DNA of 63,910 bases, filler included, from Octopus bimaculoides (GCF_001194135.2; 6 parts of 5 records of this genome joined end to end with filler, not necessarily neighbours in it); one strand, 5' to 3'. Counted from the first letter of the whole stretch, positions 1-11,289 are shown. The notes: generated by a model not told the origin, from the sequence alone. Numbers and translations are program-made.

Positions 1-86
<86 letters not shown>
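1..86. repeat. (AT)n/(CA)n microsatellite
   Basis: Direct reading. Confidence 0.95.
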
Positions 87-99
87 GAGTGCATATACA

Positions 100-260
100 T
101 ATCATCATCATCATCATCATTGCTTTAATGTCTACAACTCCGTGCTGCATGGTTTAGACAGAATTCATTGAAACAAATTTTCTATGGCTGGACAGCCTTC
201 CTGTTTTCAGGCAAAGTAATATTTCTTCATGGTCAAACATGCTTTCATGGAAAACCAGAA
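100..260 (-). mobile_element. SINE family C fragment ((GAT)n tail), diverged
   Basis: (CAT)n followed by diverged reverse complement of the family C tail seen at 8270-8430. Confidence 0.5.
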
Positions 261-889
261 ACAAGGGACTCCACACAATTGACAGTCACACTTATTTATA
301 ATCATCCCATGATGCCCAGTGAAGGCAACACAAACACACATATGCATGACTGTATGTATATGTATGATTGTATATGTACATCTGTACAAATTTGATCATA
401 TACATGGCACAAAAATCTCAGTACAAACACACACACACATATTCATAAATGTATATGCATACATACATTCATATATATTTTTATTTCTATTAGTATGTCC
501 AATAGTTTAGTGTGCAAGTACTTATTGGCCTTGAACAGAATTTACATACCTCTTTATATATATCTACACACACACACACACATATTTAGCTAAAACACAG
601 AATTCTTCTGAAAAGATCATTTGGAATGTTGTTGATGTGTCACATGATAATAGAAAATTCTCACAATTAGCTCAATTGTATGTAACAGAAATATGTGTAA
701 CACAATAGCATTTTACAATCACATATATACATACATACATTCACACGCACACGCACGCACACACACACACACACATTAATATTTCACTTACATGTAGTGA
801 TACACATAACCTGGTGTTAGAACTCAATATACGCTCTGCTTCTGAAAAAAAAGCATTAACCAAGTACAGAGAATAAGAAGAAGTTAAAC

Positions 890-1143
890 AAATGACAAAG
901 GGAACAAGAAATTATGATCGTGACCTTCATTAGCTCACACCTGTTTCTGCTATAAGATGTGAAGCACTCATAGTCGAGTGCTTATGTATCACCTTATAGC
1001 TTTGTCAGAGTTCATTTTTGAAGCTCTGATAAAGCTATAAGGTGATACACAACCTCCCAACTATGAGTGCATCGCATCTTATAGCAGAAACAGGTGTGAG
1101 CTAATTAAGATCATGATCATAATTTCTTATTCCTTTGTCATTT
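890..1143. repeat. fold-back (long inverted repeat) element, about 120-bp arms with a 6-nt loop
   Basis: 929-959 is the exact reverse complement of 1075-1105 (31 bp); 985-1003 of 1031-1049 (19 bp); outer arms also pair. Confidence 0.85.
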
Positions 1144-1692
1144 ATATACCCTTTTATATACATACATANNNNNNNNNNNNNNNNNNNNNNNNNNNNNNNN
1201 NNNNNNNNNNNNNNNNNNNNNNNNNNNNNNNNNNNNNNNNNNNNNNNNNNNNNNNNNNNNNNNNNNNNNNNNNNNNNNNNNNNNNNNNNNNNNNNNNNNN
1301 NNNNNNNNNNNNNNNNNNNNNNNNNNNNNNNNNNNNNNNNNNNNNNNNNNNNNNNNNNNNNNNNNNNNNNNNNNNNNNNNNNNNNNNNNNNNNNNNNNNN
1401 NNNNNNNNNNNNNNNNNNNNNNNNNNNNNNNNNNNNNNNNNNNNNNNNNNNNNNNNNNNNNNNNNNNNNNNNNNNNNNNNNNNNNNNNNNNNNNNNNNNN
1501 NNNNNNNNNNNNNNNNNNNNNNNNNNNNNNNNNNNNNNNNNNNNNNNNNNNNNNNNNNNNNNNNNNNNNNNNNNNNNNNNNNNNNNNNNNNNNNNNNNNN
1601 NNNNNNNNNNNNNNNNNNNNNNNNNNNNNNNNNNNNNNNNNNNNNNNNNNNNNNNNNNNNNNNNNNNNNNNNNNNNNNNNNNNNNNNNNNNN

Positions 1693-1727
<35 letters not shown>

Positions 1728-1749
1728 ACTGAGTCTTTGTATTTGTGCT

Positions 1750-1945
1750 TGATCCTTCACCCCACCAATTGGCAACCAGTGTAGGTTTGTTTACATCCCC
1801 CATAACTTAGCAGTTTGGCAACAGTGACTGACAGGATAATTACTGGGCTTAAGCTTAAGTCCTGGGATTGATTTGTTCAAATAAATCCTTCAAGGTATTG
1901 CCCTAGCAATGTCGCAGTCCAATGAATGAAACAAAATAAAAGATG
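1750..1945 (+). mobile_element. SINE family A, 3' half, diverged
   Basis: Similar to the 3' half of copies at 8530-8885 and 14398-14762. Confidence 0.65.
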
Positions 1946-1959
1946 TGTGTGTGTGTGTG

Positions 1960-2340
1960 ATCATCATCATCATCATCATCATCATATAACATGTCTTCGA
2001 TACTGGCATGGATTGGATGGTTCAACAAGATCCAGTGAAGACACAGGATTGCTTTGAGCTCCAATGTCAGATTGGGTATGGTTTCTGTGTCCAGATGCCC
2101 TTCCTAACACCATCCACTTTATATATCATCATCGCCGTCGTTGTTGTCGTCATTTAACATCCATGCTCCATGCTGGTATGATTGAACAGTTTGATAGGAT
2201 CTGATAAATTCAAAGATTGTATCATGTTCCAGTGTCTGCTTTGACATAGTTTCTACACCTGGATGCCATTCCAAACACCAACCACTCTACAGAGTGTTTC
2301 TTTCCATGGCACCAGCACTACTGTAGTCACTCTGCTGCTT
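1960..2340 (-). mobile_element. two tandem SINE family C copies
   Basis: (TCA)n tails plus gcatggattggatgg...atgcccttcctaacacc motif, reverse complement of 8270-8430. Confidence 0.7.
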
Positions 2341-2751
2341 GCAAGTCTAAGGTCTGCTTCAACTGAGCAGGACAACAGTAAAGTGGGAGGGGACAGCTTT
2401 ATGCCTTTGAATGACAGGGTAAAGTGAGAGAGAAAGGGGCCAGAACAGAAAAGATATTTTGCTGTAGAGAAGCTACATGGCTACTCACATTATGCAAGAG
2501 AGGATGGAAGGGGTCAGAGTGGATCTGAGAGGAAAAAATAGCGACAATGAAGGGTCAGAGTGAAACCCTAAGATATAAAGTGAATAGAAGTAATTGGGGA
2601 GAGGACATCAGGAAGTTTGGATGGGTAGAGGTTGAAAGAGTGAATGAGAGAGGGAGAGATGGTTAGAGATGGGGAATTGTATGAGAGAGCGAATATTTTG
2701 AAGAACAAGCATTGAAGGCCGATAAGTAAGGAAAGATGTGTAAAAAGGGGA

Positions 2752-3029
2752 TGTCAAGGAGTTCTACAAAACAGGGATAACGGCAACTTGTCGGAGAAAT
2801 GAGCCCCGCAAGGTGGTGAGGCTACTGAAGCGAGTGTTGCCGGCCATTCTCTGCGGCAACGCCATCGCAGCCATTACCACAGGTCGCAGCTGAGCGCCTT
2901 ACTGGTTCTGGGATATGTAGCCCACTACCTTCCATCTTACGCTGCTTTAACACCCCACCACCACCACTTGTTTCCTGTTTCTTTGTATCTGTGAATTTTT
3001 ACTTCGAATAAACAAATTTATCCTTAGAA
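2752..3029 (+). mobile_element. possible solo LTR
   Basis: Starts TGTCAAGGA and ends in degenerate tccttagaa; AATAAA at 3007; CpG-rich centre. No matching TSD seen. Confidence 0.3.
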
Positions 3030-3368
3030 GAAATGTCAAAAACTATAGGATCGGGAAAGATTCTCTCAACTCGGTATAAATAGAATAGTTGAAGAACTCT
3101 GTCAAGGGAGGTCACTTTTTTAAAGGGAGATCACTCTGAATTTTACTAAAAAAAACAAACAAACAATGCATTTCAGAAATTTGCTTCTGGAATGTTCTAA
3201 AATTAACAAAGAAGCCCATTGAATGATATTAAGTCTGATACAGACATTTATTGACAACCACTGAAGAGAAATCAATGATTGCTTACCACTGAGAAGGTAT
3301 TGGTGTCGATACAAGAAATACTAAAAATGATGTATATTGAGTTTTGTTTCTCTTGTTCTCCTAAACCA

Positions 3369-3434
<66 letters not shown>

Positions 3435-3932
3435 CTTGACTTGGCTTCATACTCTTGCTTAATGGGACTGGGTTCATCTCAGGTTAGTCGTCCCAGAGGT
3501 GTTATCATGCATAGAACCGACCATGTCCACCAGTACTCTCCATCACTGTTAATCTTATGCCAAGCCCTCTGCAAACTCCAAGGAGATANNNNNNNNNNGT
3601 TAGAATAGAGGCAGCTGATGAATAATTCCAAGTGGCTTTCTGTTTTCCTATGTGTTCTTTCCGTTGTCTGTAGTTCATTGTTCTAACTTCCTGTACCCTG
3701 ATATGCATCTATATACACATGTAGATGAAAGTATATACATATATGTGTGTATACATGCATATATATTTTTTGTATTATATATATATATATATATATATAC
3801 ATTTCGTTTTTGTATTTGGTTTGTATTCTTGATGTGAACTTGTGTGTTGAAATAAATTTTGTTGTATCTTGATCGGGAGAGTCTTTACGCTAACAAAAAA
3901 CACGCACACTGGTTTTATTTCACTTCTTTGTT

Positions 3933-4170
3933 ATTTGTCAACTTGTTAACTATCTAACCAATTATCTAATCAATTGTTTGACTGATCATTCGGTTGATCA
4001 GTCAGTTGTGCTTGGTAAAAATCCTTTTGCCACCGTTTGTGACGTCTTGCATGACATGCCCTTTCTACTCCAGGTCACCTTCGGGCCTCTGTCAAACACA
4101 ACTAACTGACAGAATAAGTAAGCAAATAATTAATTAATCAACTGGTTACTTGGTTAACCAATTGACAACT
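3933..4170. mobile_element. MITE-like imperfect inverted repeat (about 80-bp arms)
   Basis: 3933-4015 is an imperfect reverse complement of 4090-4170; a related arm occurs at 30385-30455. Confidence 0.5.
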
Positions 4171-4202
4171 ATTAAGGAAGTGAAAATAAATCAGTGCATG
4201 TG

Positions 4203-4208
4203 TTTATT
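4203..4208 (-). terminator. candidate polyadenylation signal AATAAA of REX1BD
   Basis: AATAAA on the minus strand about 300 nt after the stop codon; position-based inference. Confidence 0.4.
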
Positions 4209-4510
4209 AATAATAAATTACCCTCCCATATACATATATATATACATATATATATATATATAAGCCTGATAGTAGGGTATAACATCAGCGATACAAAACA
4301 ATGAGATGATACAGTATTTGCAATTGTAAGTGGTATTAGCTTGTGCAATGGTATAGCCTTAGCTCTCAGTGGTAGGCTTGACCAGAATAGCATGACATGG
4401 TGTTGACAGTCAGAGATATATAACCATGCCAGCTTCAGTCAGTGATGTGGCTAGTGTAAAGACAAGGTGTCGGTTGGCAGTGATACAAGCTGTGGTAGCT
4501 CGTAATGGAT

Positions 4511-4586
4511 TCAATGGTAGAGATCTTGAGCTTCATACTTGAGGTCCTCCATATGTGAACATATATTGTTATTGATCTGCTGCAAC
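4511..4586 (-). CDS. REX1BD: REX1BD terminal coding exon (LQQINNNICSHMEDLKYEAQDLYH*)
   Basis: ttttcttttcag|G acceptor, phase 2; EDLKYEA resembles REX1BD C-terminal LQDLRFDAE; TGA stop at 4511-4513. Confidence 0.88.
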
Positions 4587-4637
4587 CTGAAAAGAAAATA
4601 ATAGCAATGGTCATAGATGGACTATTTTTTGTTGCTA

Positions 4638-4678
<41 letters not shown>

Positions 4679-4680
<2 letters not shown>

Positions 4681-5295
4681 GGCAGCAAGCTGGTAGAAGT
4701 GAGTAGAATTGTTATCACTGGGAAAAATGCTTAGCAACAGTTCGTTCATCTTTACGTTCTGGGTTCAAATTCCATCATGGCTTGCTTTGCATTTCATCCT
4801 TTCAGAGTTGATGAAATAAGTACCAGTTGAATACTGGGGTTAATTGAGTTATACACTTTCCTGAAATTGCTGGCCTTGTGCCAAAATTTGAAAACACTAT
4901 CAAGGTAGCAGAAGGCAAAATCATTAGCATGCTAGACAAAATGGCTTTGCAGCTTTTCTTCTGCCTTTTTACATTCTAAGTTCAACTTTACCTTTCATCC
5001 TTTTGGAGTTGATAAAAAAAGTACCAATTGAACACTGGCATTGATGTAATCATCCAACCCCTCCCCACAGAATGTTGAGCTATGTGGCTATAGTACAAAG
5101 GAATTTATTATTAATATTAATAAGGTGGTGACATTTTTTGTAGCACTTAACAGAATGAGTTCAAATACAGAGAGAACAATTTTGCCCTTCATTCTTCTGA
5201 AGTTGATAAAATAAAGTACAGTTATGTCCTGAGCTTGATGTAATTGACTATCACCATCTCTCTTAAATTGTTGGCCTTGTGCTAAATTTGAAACA
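4679..5295 (+). mobile_element. three tandem SINE family B copies (tRNA-like head, B-box gagttcaaat, gataaaataagtaccag core, aaatttgaaacc(att)n tail)
   Basis: Repeated unit shared with 9603-10972 and 20712-20925. Confidence 0.8.
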
Positions 5296-5317
5296 ATAAT
5301 TATTACAATGCAAGCTG

Positions 5318-5570
5318 GCTGAGGAGGTGTGTGGCTTAGTGGTTAGGGTGTTGGACTCATGATCTTAAAATTATGGTTTCAATTCCTGGACCGGGTGATG
5401 TGTTGTGTTTTGAGCAAAACACTCCATTTCATGTTGCTCCTGTCCACTCATCTGGCAAAAATGAGTATTCCTGTGACAGGCCAGTGACTCATCCAGCGGA
5501 GAAATATAAATACATGGAAGCCAGTGGGAAACCAGTCCTTATGAGTCCATGGGGATCAAAAAGGATGCTT
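5318..5570 (+). mobile_element. SINE family D (tRNA head tggcttagtggttagg...ggtttcaattcc)
   Basis: A/B-box-like head plus ccactcatctggcaaaaatgagta body shared with 17155-17475. Confidence 0.65.
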
Positions 5571-5574
5571 TATC

Positions 5575-5790
5575 CTTATAATATGCAAACTGGCGAAATT
5601 GTTATCATGTCAGACAAAAATGCTTAGCAGTATTTCTTCCAGCTCTTTGCATTCAAAGTTCAAATCCCATAGAGATGGAGTTTGTCTTTCATCATTTTGA
5701 AGTTGATAAAATAAAATATCAGTCAAGCTGTAATCAACTTGCCCCCCTGCCCTAAAAATCCTTGTGCCAAAATTTGAAACCATCATTATT
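5575..5790 (+). mobile_element. SINE family B
   Basis: Family B core and tail. Confidence 0.7.
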
Positions 5791-6209
5791 AATAGTATTA
5801 GAAAAACAATATCACACAGTATCGTCTCTTCTTATAGAACACCTATGTTTAGGGTAACAATAAACATTACTTCTCAGTGCAAATACTGCTTTTGTCTCTT
5901 ATAGAGATTTTCTTAATAAGCTAGTCACAAAACCAGTGGCTGCGTGACACTGTCTTTCTTTATATTATGAGCTGGGGGTAGACTATGGCTATGTCTACCA
6001 GACAAGTATCCATCACTGGGGATGACCAAAATAAGGTCAAAATCATGTGATCTGGCAGTCTCAGAGCTAGTAATTTTTATAGGTGGTGATAAACATTATT
6101 TCTCAGTATAAATACTGCCTTTGTCTTTAATAGGGATTTTATTAACAAACTAGTTTGCTATATATATATAAATATATATACATATATACATACACACACA
6201 CACACACAC

Positions 6210-6373
6210 AATGGGCTTCTTTCAGTTTCTGTCTACCAAATCTACTCACAAGGCTTTGGTTGGTTCAAGGTTATAGCAGAAGAGAACTTACCCAAGGTGC
6301 CACACACTGGGATTGAACTCAGAACCATGTGGTTGGGAAGCAAGCTTCCACCCATACAGCTACACCTGCACCT
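6210..6373 (-). mobile_element. SINE family A, 5' half
   Basis: Reverse complement of the family A head and body. Confidence 0.75.
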
Positions 6374-6579
6374 ACCTGCAGTAGATTTAATCCATTTTCC
6401 AGTTTGACACCATCACCACTACTTACCTTGGACACCTTTGGGGAAAGTCCACTCTGCTCTAAGCATTCAAGCCAGGTCACTGGTTTGAGGGTATCCTCTA
6501 CCCCTTCCTTTGTTCCACCCCCTTCCCTCCTCAAGAGACCCTTATAAAGGGCCACAAACACTGCTATCCCTCCTGACTA

Positions 6580-7010
6580 TGCACTAAAAAGAAAAATTGT
6601 TAGCATGTCAGGCTAAAATGTTCAGCTGCTTTTCTTCCAGTGCTTTACATTCCAAGTTCAAATATTGCTGAAAGTGACTTTACCTTTCATGCCTCCGGGA
6701 GGAGGGGGGATAAAATAAAGTACCAGTGAAGTACTGGGTTCAATGTAATCAATTATCTACTTCCCTCTTAAATTGCTGGCCTTGTGCCGAAATTAGAAAT
6801 AATTACTTTTATTATTATTAAGGTGTCAAGCTGGCAAAAATGTTAGCATGTCAGACAAACTGCTTAGCAGTATGTTTTCCAACTCTTTGCACTATGAGTT
6901 CAAATCCCAGTAGATCAACATTGCCTTTCATCCCCTGGGGTTCATAAAACAAAGCACCATTCAATTACAAGCTTTGATGTAATCAACTATCACCTTCCCT
7001 TTTAAATTTC
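6580..7010 (+). mobile_element. two tandem SINE family B copies
   Basis: Family B core motifs. Confidence 0.75.
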
Positions 7011-7034
7011 TGGCACCTGTTTCTGTTCACTCAC

Positions 7035-7120
7035 CTCACTTTTTTCTCTTTAACCTCTTCATGGTTTTCGTCATTGGGAAAGTCCTGCACTTTTTGACGC
7101 AATAACTGCAACTGGGCAAC
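7035..7120 (-). CDS. REX1BD: REX1BD coding exon 4 (VAQLQLLRQKVQDFPNDENHEEVKEKKV)
   Basis: ttgcacag|G phase-0 acceptor, GAG|gtgagt phase-2 donor, 86 nt; frame continuous with exons 3 and 5. Confidence 0.88.
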
Positions 7121-7514
7121 CTGTGCAACAATTACAAACAAAAAAAATATATAAATACACAAATAAATACACTGGCAGTGCTCCAGCATGGCCACAGCTT
7201 TAGGGTTGAAACATAAAGAAAAGTAAAAATAAATGATATTTCATCCTTTCAAGACCATACTGCTAATAAAATGAATATGCTTTAATCAAATTTGAAACTT
7301 ATGAAGAGGTATTTAGTTAAATAATGTCATTATTGAGTCAGTGTTTGGAATATAACAAAATAACTCTTTATATAAACTGACAGTGTGCCTCCATCTCTCT
7401 GTCCGTCCTCCAGGTCACAACGAACTTTTCCTACCATCTTCCTCTGTTCTAGAAATGACTTCACCAGTTCAGTCTTATTACAATTTTTTCGTGAAGTTTA
7501 TTGAATTAATCATT

Positions 7515-7770
7515 TGGCATTTAAACTGGCCATATCTGGTTTAAGCATTCTACTTGTCTTATGTTTAAGCCGGTCAGATCCATCCCAAATATTCCACCTG
7601 TTTAATGTTTAAACCAGCCAGATCTGGTCTCTCATATCTACCTTACACTATCATTCTAAAAACTTATTCAATAACATCATTAAAATTTTGAAGCTATGAG
7701 ATAATGAATGATTAATTCAAAACTATCTAAATAAACAAGCAATATATTTGACAAATTAATCTGAATGTTT
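7515..7770. mobile_element. probable non-autonomous DNA element remnant
   Basis: Three internal aaa(c/g)yggycakatc repeats; end cattcagatta is shared in reverse with 12862-12880. Confidence 0.35.
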
Positions 7771-7779
7771 GGCAACATG

Positions 7780-8430
7780 CCATACTTAAGAAGACCCATG
7801 AAACCAAGTGAAATTGTAGTTGCAGCTAATGCTGGTGTCACAGAACTGGCAACCATGACAGTGGCACATAAAAAGCATTCATTACACTCTTGAAGTGGTT
7901 GGTGTTAGGAAGGGTATCCAGCCATAGAAACCAGGCCAAATCAGATTGGAACCTAACATAGCCCTAAAGCTTTCCAGTTTCAGTCAAATCATCTAACCCA
8001 TGCCAGCATGGAAAGCAGACACTAAATGATGATGATGATGTTAAAGGTTTAAGAAATTTCATTCGGGATTCGTAGAACACTCCCAGTGATCATTACCAGT
8101 GTCGCCTTACTGGCACGTGAAAAAACATTCGAGCAAGGTCGTTGCCAGCGCCGCTGGACTGGTTCCTGTGCAGGTGGCATGTAAAAAAACACCATTTTGA
8201 GCATGGTCATTGCCAGTACCACCTGACTGGCCCTCGTGCCAGTGGCACGTAAAAGCACCCACTACACTCTCGGAGTGGTTGGCATTAGGAAGGGCATCCA
8301 GCTGTAGAAACTCTGCCAGATCAGATTGGAGCTTGGTGCAGCCTTCTGGTTCGCCAGTCCTCAGTGAAATCGTCCAACCCATGCTAGCATGGAAAGCGGA
8401 TGTTAAATGATGATGATGATGATGATGATG
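7780..8430 (+). mobile_element. two tandem SINE family C copies with (GAT)n tails
   Basis: gtggttggcattaggaagggcatccagc...catggaaagcggatgttaaa(tga)n occurs twice; internal tgccagtggcacgtaaaa repeats. Confidence 0.8.
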
Positions 8431-8529
8431 ATTACAGGTTTTGAGATTCAAGTACATTTTCAAACCCCAAAACAAATTCTCCTATATTCCTGCATGGAAC
8501 ACTTCTTCTCTTCATATATATATATATAT

Positions 8530-8574
8530 GCACCAGTCTCTTCGGAGGCGTGGGTTCGTATCCCACCGCTGCCA
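8530..8574 (+). pseudogene. 3' half of tRNA-Leu (AAG/TAG type) fused to a SINE body
   Basis: GCACCAGTCTCTTCGGAGGCGTGGGTTCGTATCCCACCGCTGCCA matches the recalled metazoan tRNA-Leu variable arm, T arm and acceptor strand, with one T-loop change. Confidence 0.85.
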
Positions 8575-8885
8575 AGTGTCTTCTACTATAGCCTCGGGCC
8601 GACCAAAGCTTGTGAGTGGATTTGGTAGACGGAAACTGAAAGAAGCCAGTCGTATATATGCATATATATATGTATGTGTGTTTGTCCCCCCACCATCGCT
8701 TGACAACCGATGCTGGTGTGTTTACGTCCCCGTAACTTAGCGGTTCGGCAAAAGAGACTGATAGAATAAGTACTAGGCATCCAAAGAATAAGTCCTGGGG
8801 TCGATTTGCTCGACTAAAGGCGGTGCTCCAGCATGGCCGCAGTCAAATGACTGAAACAAGTAAAAGAGTAAAAGAGTAAAAGAGA
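8575..8885 (+). mobile_element. SINE family A body and tail, native head missing
   Basis: agtgtcttctactatagcctcgggccgacc...aagtaaaagagtaaaagag; near-identical to the reverse complement of 29292-29610. Confidence 0.9.
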
Positions 8886-9187
8886 TGTATATATATATAT
8901 TATATATACATATATGGAAAGACAGAGAGAGGTTTTTCAGATAAATTGGTTCATTTTCTTTTTCTATTTGGCACTCCAATGTCATATGTTTGAAAAGAGA
9001 CAAAATTTATTCAAATTTCAAAAACGATAAACAAAACTTGTATAAAGGAAGGATAGAGCTACAAAAAAAACAAAAAACACTACACTAGAAACATTTTTCC
9101 TTTTGATTCAAATAACATGTGTGTGAATTTCTTTTCTTTCTTTCTTTCTTTTTTTTTTTTTTGTCAACAAAAAGATTGTTTACTTAC

Positions 9188-9392
9188 AACTTCTAGTTTA
9201 TCCTTTTCCTGTTGTTGGATGTTATCAATGCAGTCTGCTAGAAGATTCTGTTGATGGATTTCTGCCATTTCCTTCTTCAATACTATAATGTCCTGTGAAA
9301 TGTTCTGGAATGTCTCGGTGATCTCATGCACCAGTTGCCTGAACAGGGGAAAGTTGTAGTTGGGCTTGCCTTTCAAGTAGCCTTGAAAACCT
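9188..9392 (-). CDS. REX1BD: REX1BD coding exon 3 (GFQGYLKGKPNYNFPLFRQLVHEITETFQNISQDII...EKDKLEV)
   Basis: ccag|A acceptor, GTT|gtaagt donor, 205 nt; resembles REX1BD [28 protein letters not shown]...LLAGHVRSLQELEQTRL (recalled); overlaps ORF 9164..9376. Confidence 0.95.
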
Positions 9393-9602
9393 CTGGTGTG
9401 ACATTGGTCGAGAGAGAGAGTACAAGGTCAAGGTCACAAGAAAGTGCATAATGTAAATTCTTTACAACAGAGGTCCTTCCATAACAGAATGTAAATTATA
9501 TGAAAATGGAGAAAAAAATTAACATCTCTGTACTAAAAAATATTCCAAATCACAAATTTATGGTACCAATAATAACAACTAATAATTAATATATATTATA
9601 AT

Positions 9603-9821
9603 TAGGGCAGTGAGCAGGCAAAATTGTTAGAATGTAGGGCATAAAGCTTAGTGGCATTTCGTCCGTCTGGATGTTCTGAATTCAAATTCAACTGAGGTCA
9701 ACTTTACCTTTCATCCTTCTGGAGTTGGTAAAATAAATACCAGTTGAACACTGGGGTCGATGTAATTGACTTAACCCCTTCCCCAACATTTTAAACCTTG
9801 TACCTACAGTAGAAAGGATTA

Positions 9822-9894
<73 letters not shown>

Positions 9895-10972
9895 GGCGGC
9901 GAGCTGGCAGGATCATTAGCATGTTGGGCAAAATGCTTAGCAGCATTTTGTTTTGCTGCTATGTTCTGAGTTCAAACTCCGCTGAGGTCGGCTTTGCCTT
10001 TCATCCTTTCAGGGTTGATAAATTGAGTACCAGTTGATCACTGGGGTTGATGTAATTGACTCATCCCCACTCCCAAAATGGCTGCCCTTGTGGCAAAATT
10101 TGAAACCATTATTATTATTATTATTATTATTAAGGTAGCAAGCCAGCAGAATCATTAGCACACCAGGTGAAATTCTTAGCAGCATTTCATCCATCCAAAT
10201 CCCAACGAGGTCCACCTTGCGTTTCATGCTTTCAGGGTTGATAAAATAAGTACCAGTTGATCACTGGGGTCGATGTAATCGACATACCTCATTCCTGGCC
10301 TTGTGCCAAAATTTGAAACCATTATTATTATTATTATTATTATTATCATTATTAAGGTGGCAAGCCAGCAGAAACATTATCACACTAGGCAAAATGCTTA
10401 GCGGCATTTCAACCGTCCGTCCTTACATTCTCGGTTCAAATGCTGCCAGGGTTGACTTTGGCTTTCATCCTTCCAGGGCCAATGAAGTAAGTACCAGATG
10501 AGTGCTGGGGTCAATGTAATTGACTTACCCCCACCCCCAAACTTGCTTGCCCTGTGTCAAAAGTTGAAATCAATACATACTGTAATTGTAGCCCTCGTTT
10601 CCTAATTATTACTTAAAAGTATAAACGACAAGCTGGCAGAGTCATTAGCACACCAAACTATATGCTTAACGGCATTTCATGTCATTATGTTCTGAGTTCA
10701 AATTCCGCTGAGGTCTACTTTGCCTTTCATCTTTTCAGCTAGGCTTTTACTGACATTTTAATTGGGTCAAGGCAGCAAGTTGGCAGAATCGTTAACATGC
10801 CAGGCAAAATGCTTTGCAGCATTTCATGTCTTTACATACTGAGTTCAAATTCTGTTGAGGCTGACTTTGCCTTTCAGGGTCGATAAAATAAGTACCAGTC
10901 GAATACTGGGGTCAATGTAACCAACTTACCCCTCCCCTAAAATTGCTGGCCCTGTGCCAAAATTTGAAATCT
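9603..10972 (+). mobile_element. head-to-tail array of about six SINE family B copies separated by (ATT)n
   Basis: Units at about 9603, 9893, 10131, 10353, 10625 (partial) and 10768. Confidence 0.85.
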
Positions 10973-11289
10973 AAAACCAATGGTGATTAAGTGGGTAACA
11001 GTTTAGGACTGTCAACACTCAACGCCAGGTACAAACCATCTAATGGGCTTCTACACAGTTTCTATCTATCCAGTGCCATGATTGTACATTGGCAACAGAG
11101 TTATTAGCAGGAAGAACAGTGACTACGACTGATTTATGAGAGGCTACATTAGAAGAAAATAAATAACAGCATGGCCACAGCTCATGAGCTGAAACTAGAT
11201 AAAATGAAAAAACTAAACTTAATAGGCAGAACATCATTATGGACCTGGCTGATAACTTCCTTCATAATAATATGGAAGGTCGTTATCAT

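Noticed and set aside
1101-1803. Long ORFs in the track spanning N gaps or made of YI/HT/CV/poly-I/poly-E repeats (e.g. 35294-36107, 37819-40169, 55953-56250 part, 60037-60498)
   Set aside because: Produced by Ns and microsatellites; no coding signal
9603-10972. CRISPR-like appearance of repeats with spacers
   Set aside because: Units are about 200-bp SINEs separated by microsatellite, in a eukaryotic intron, with no cas genes
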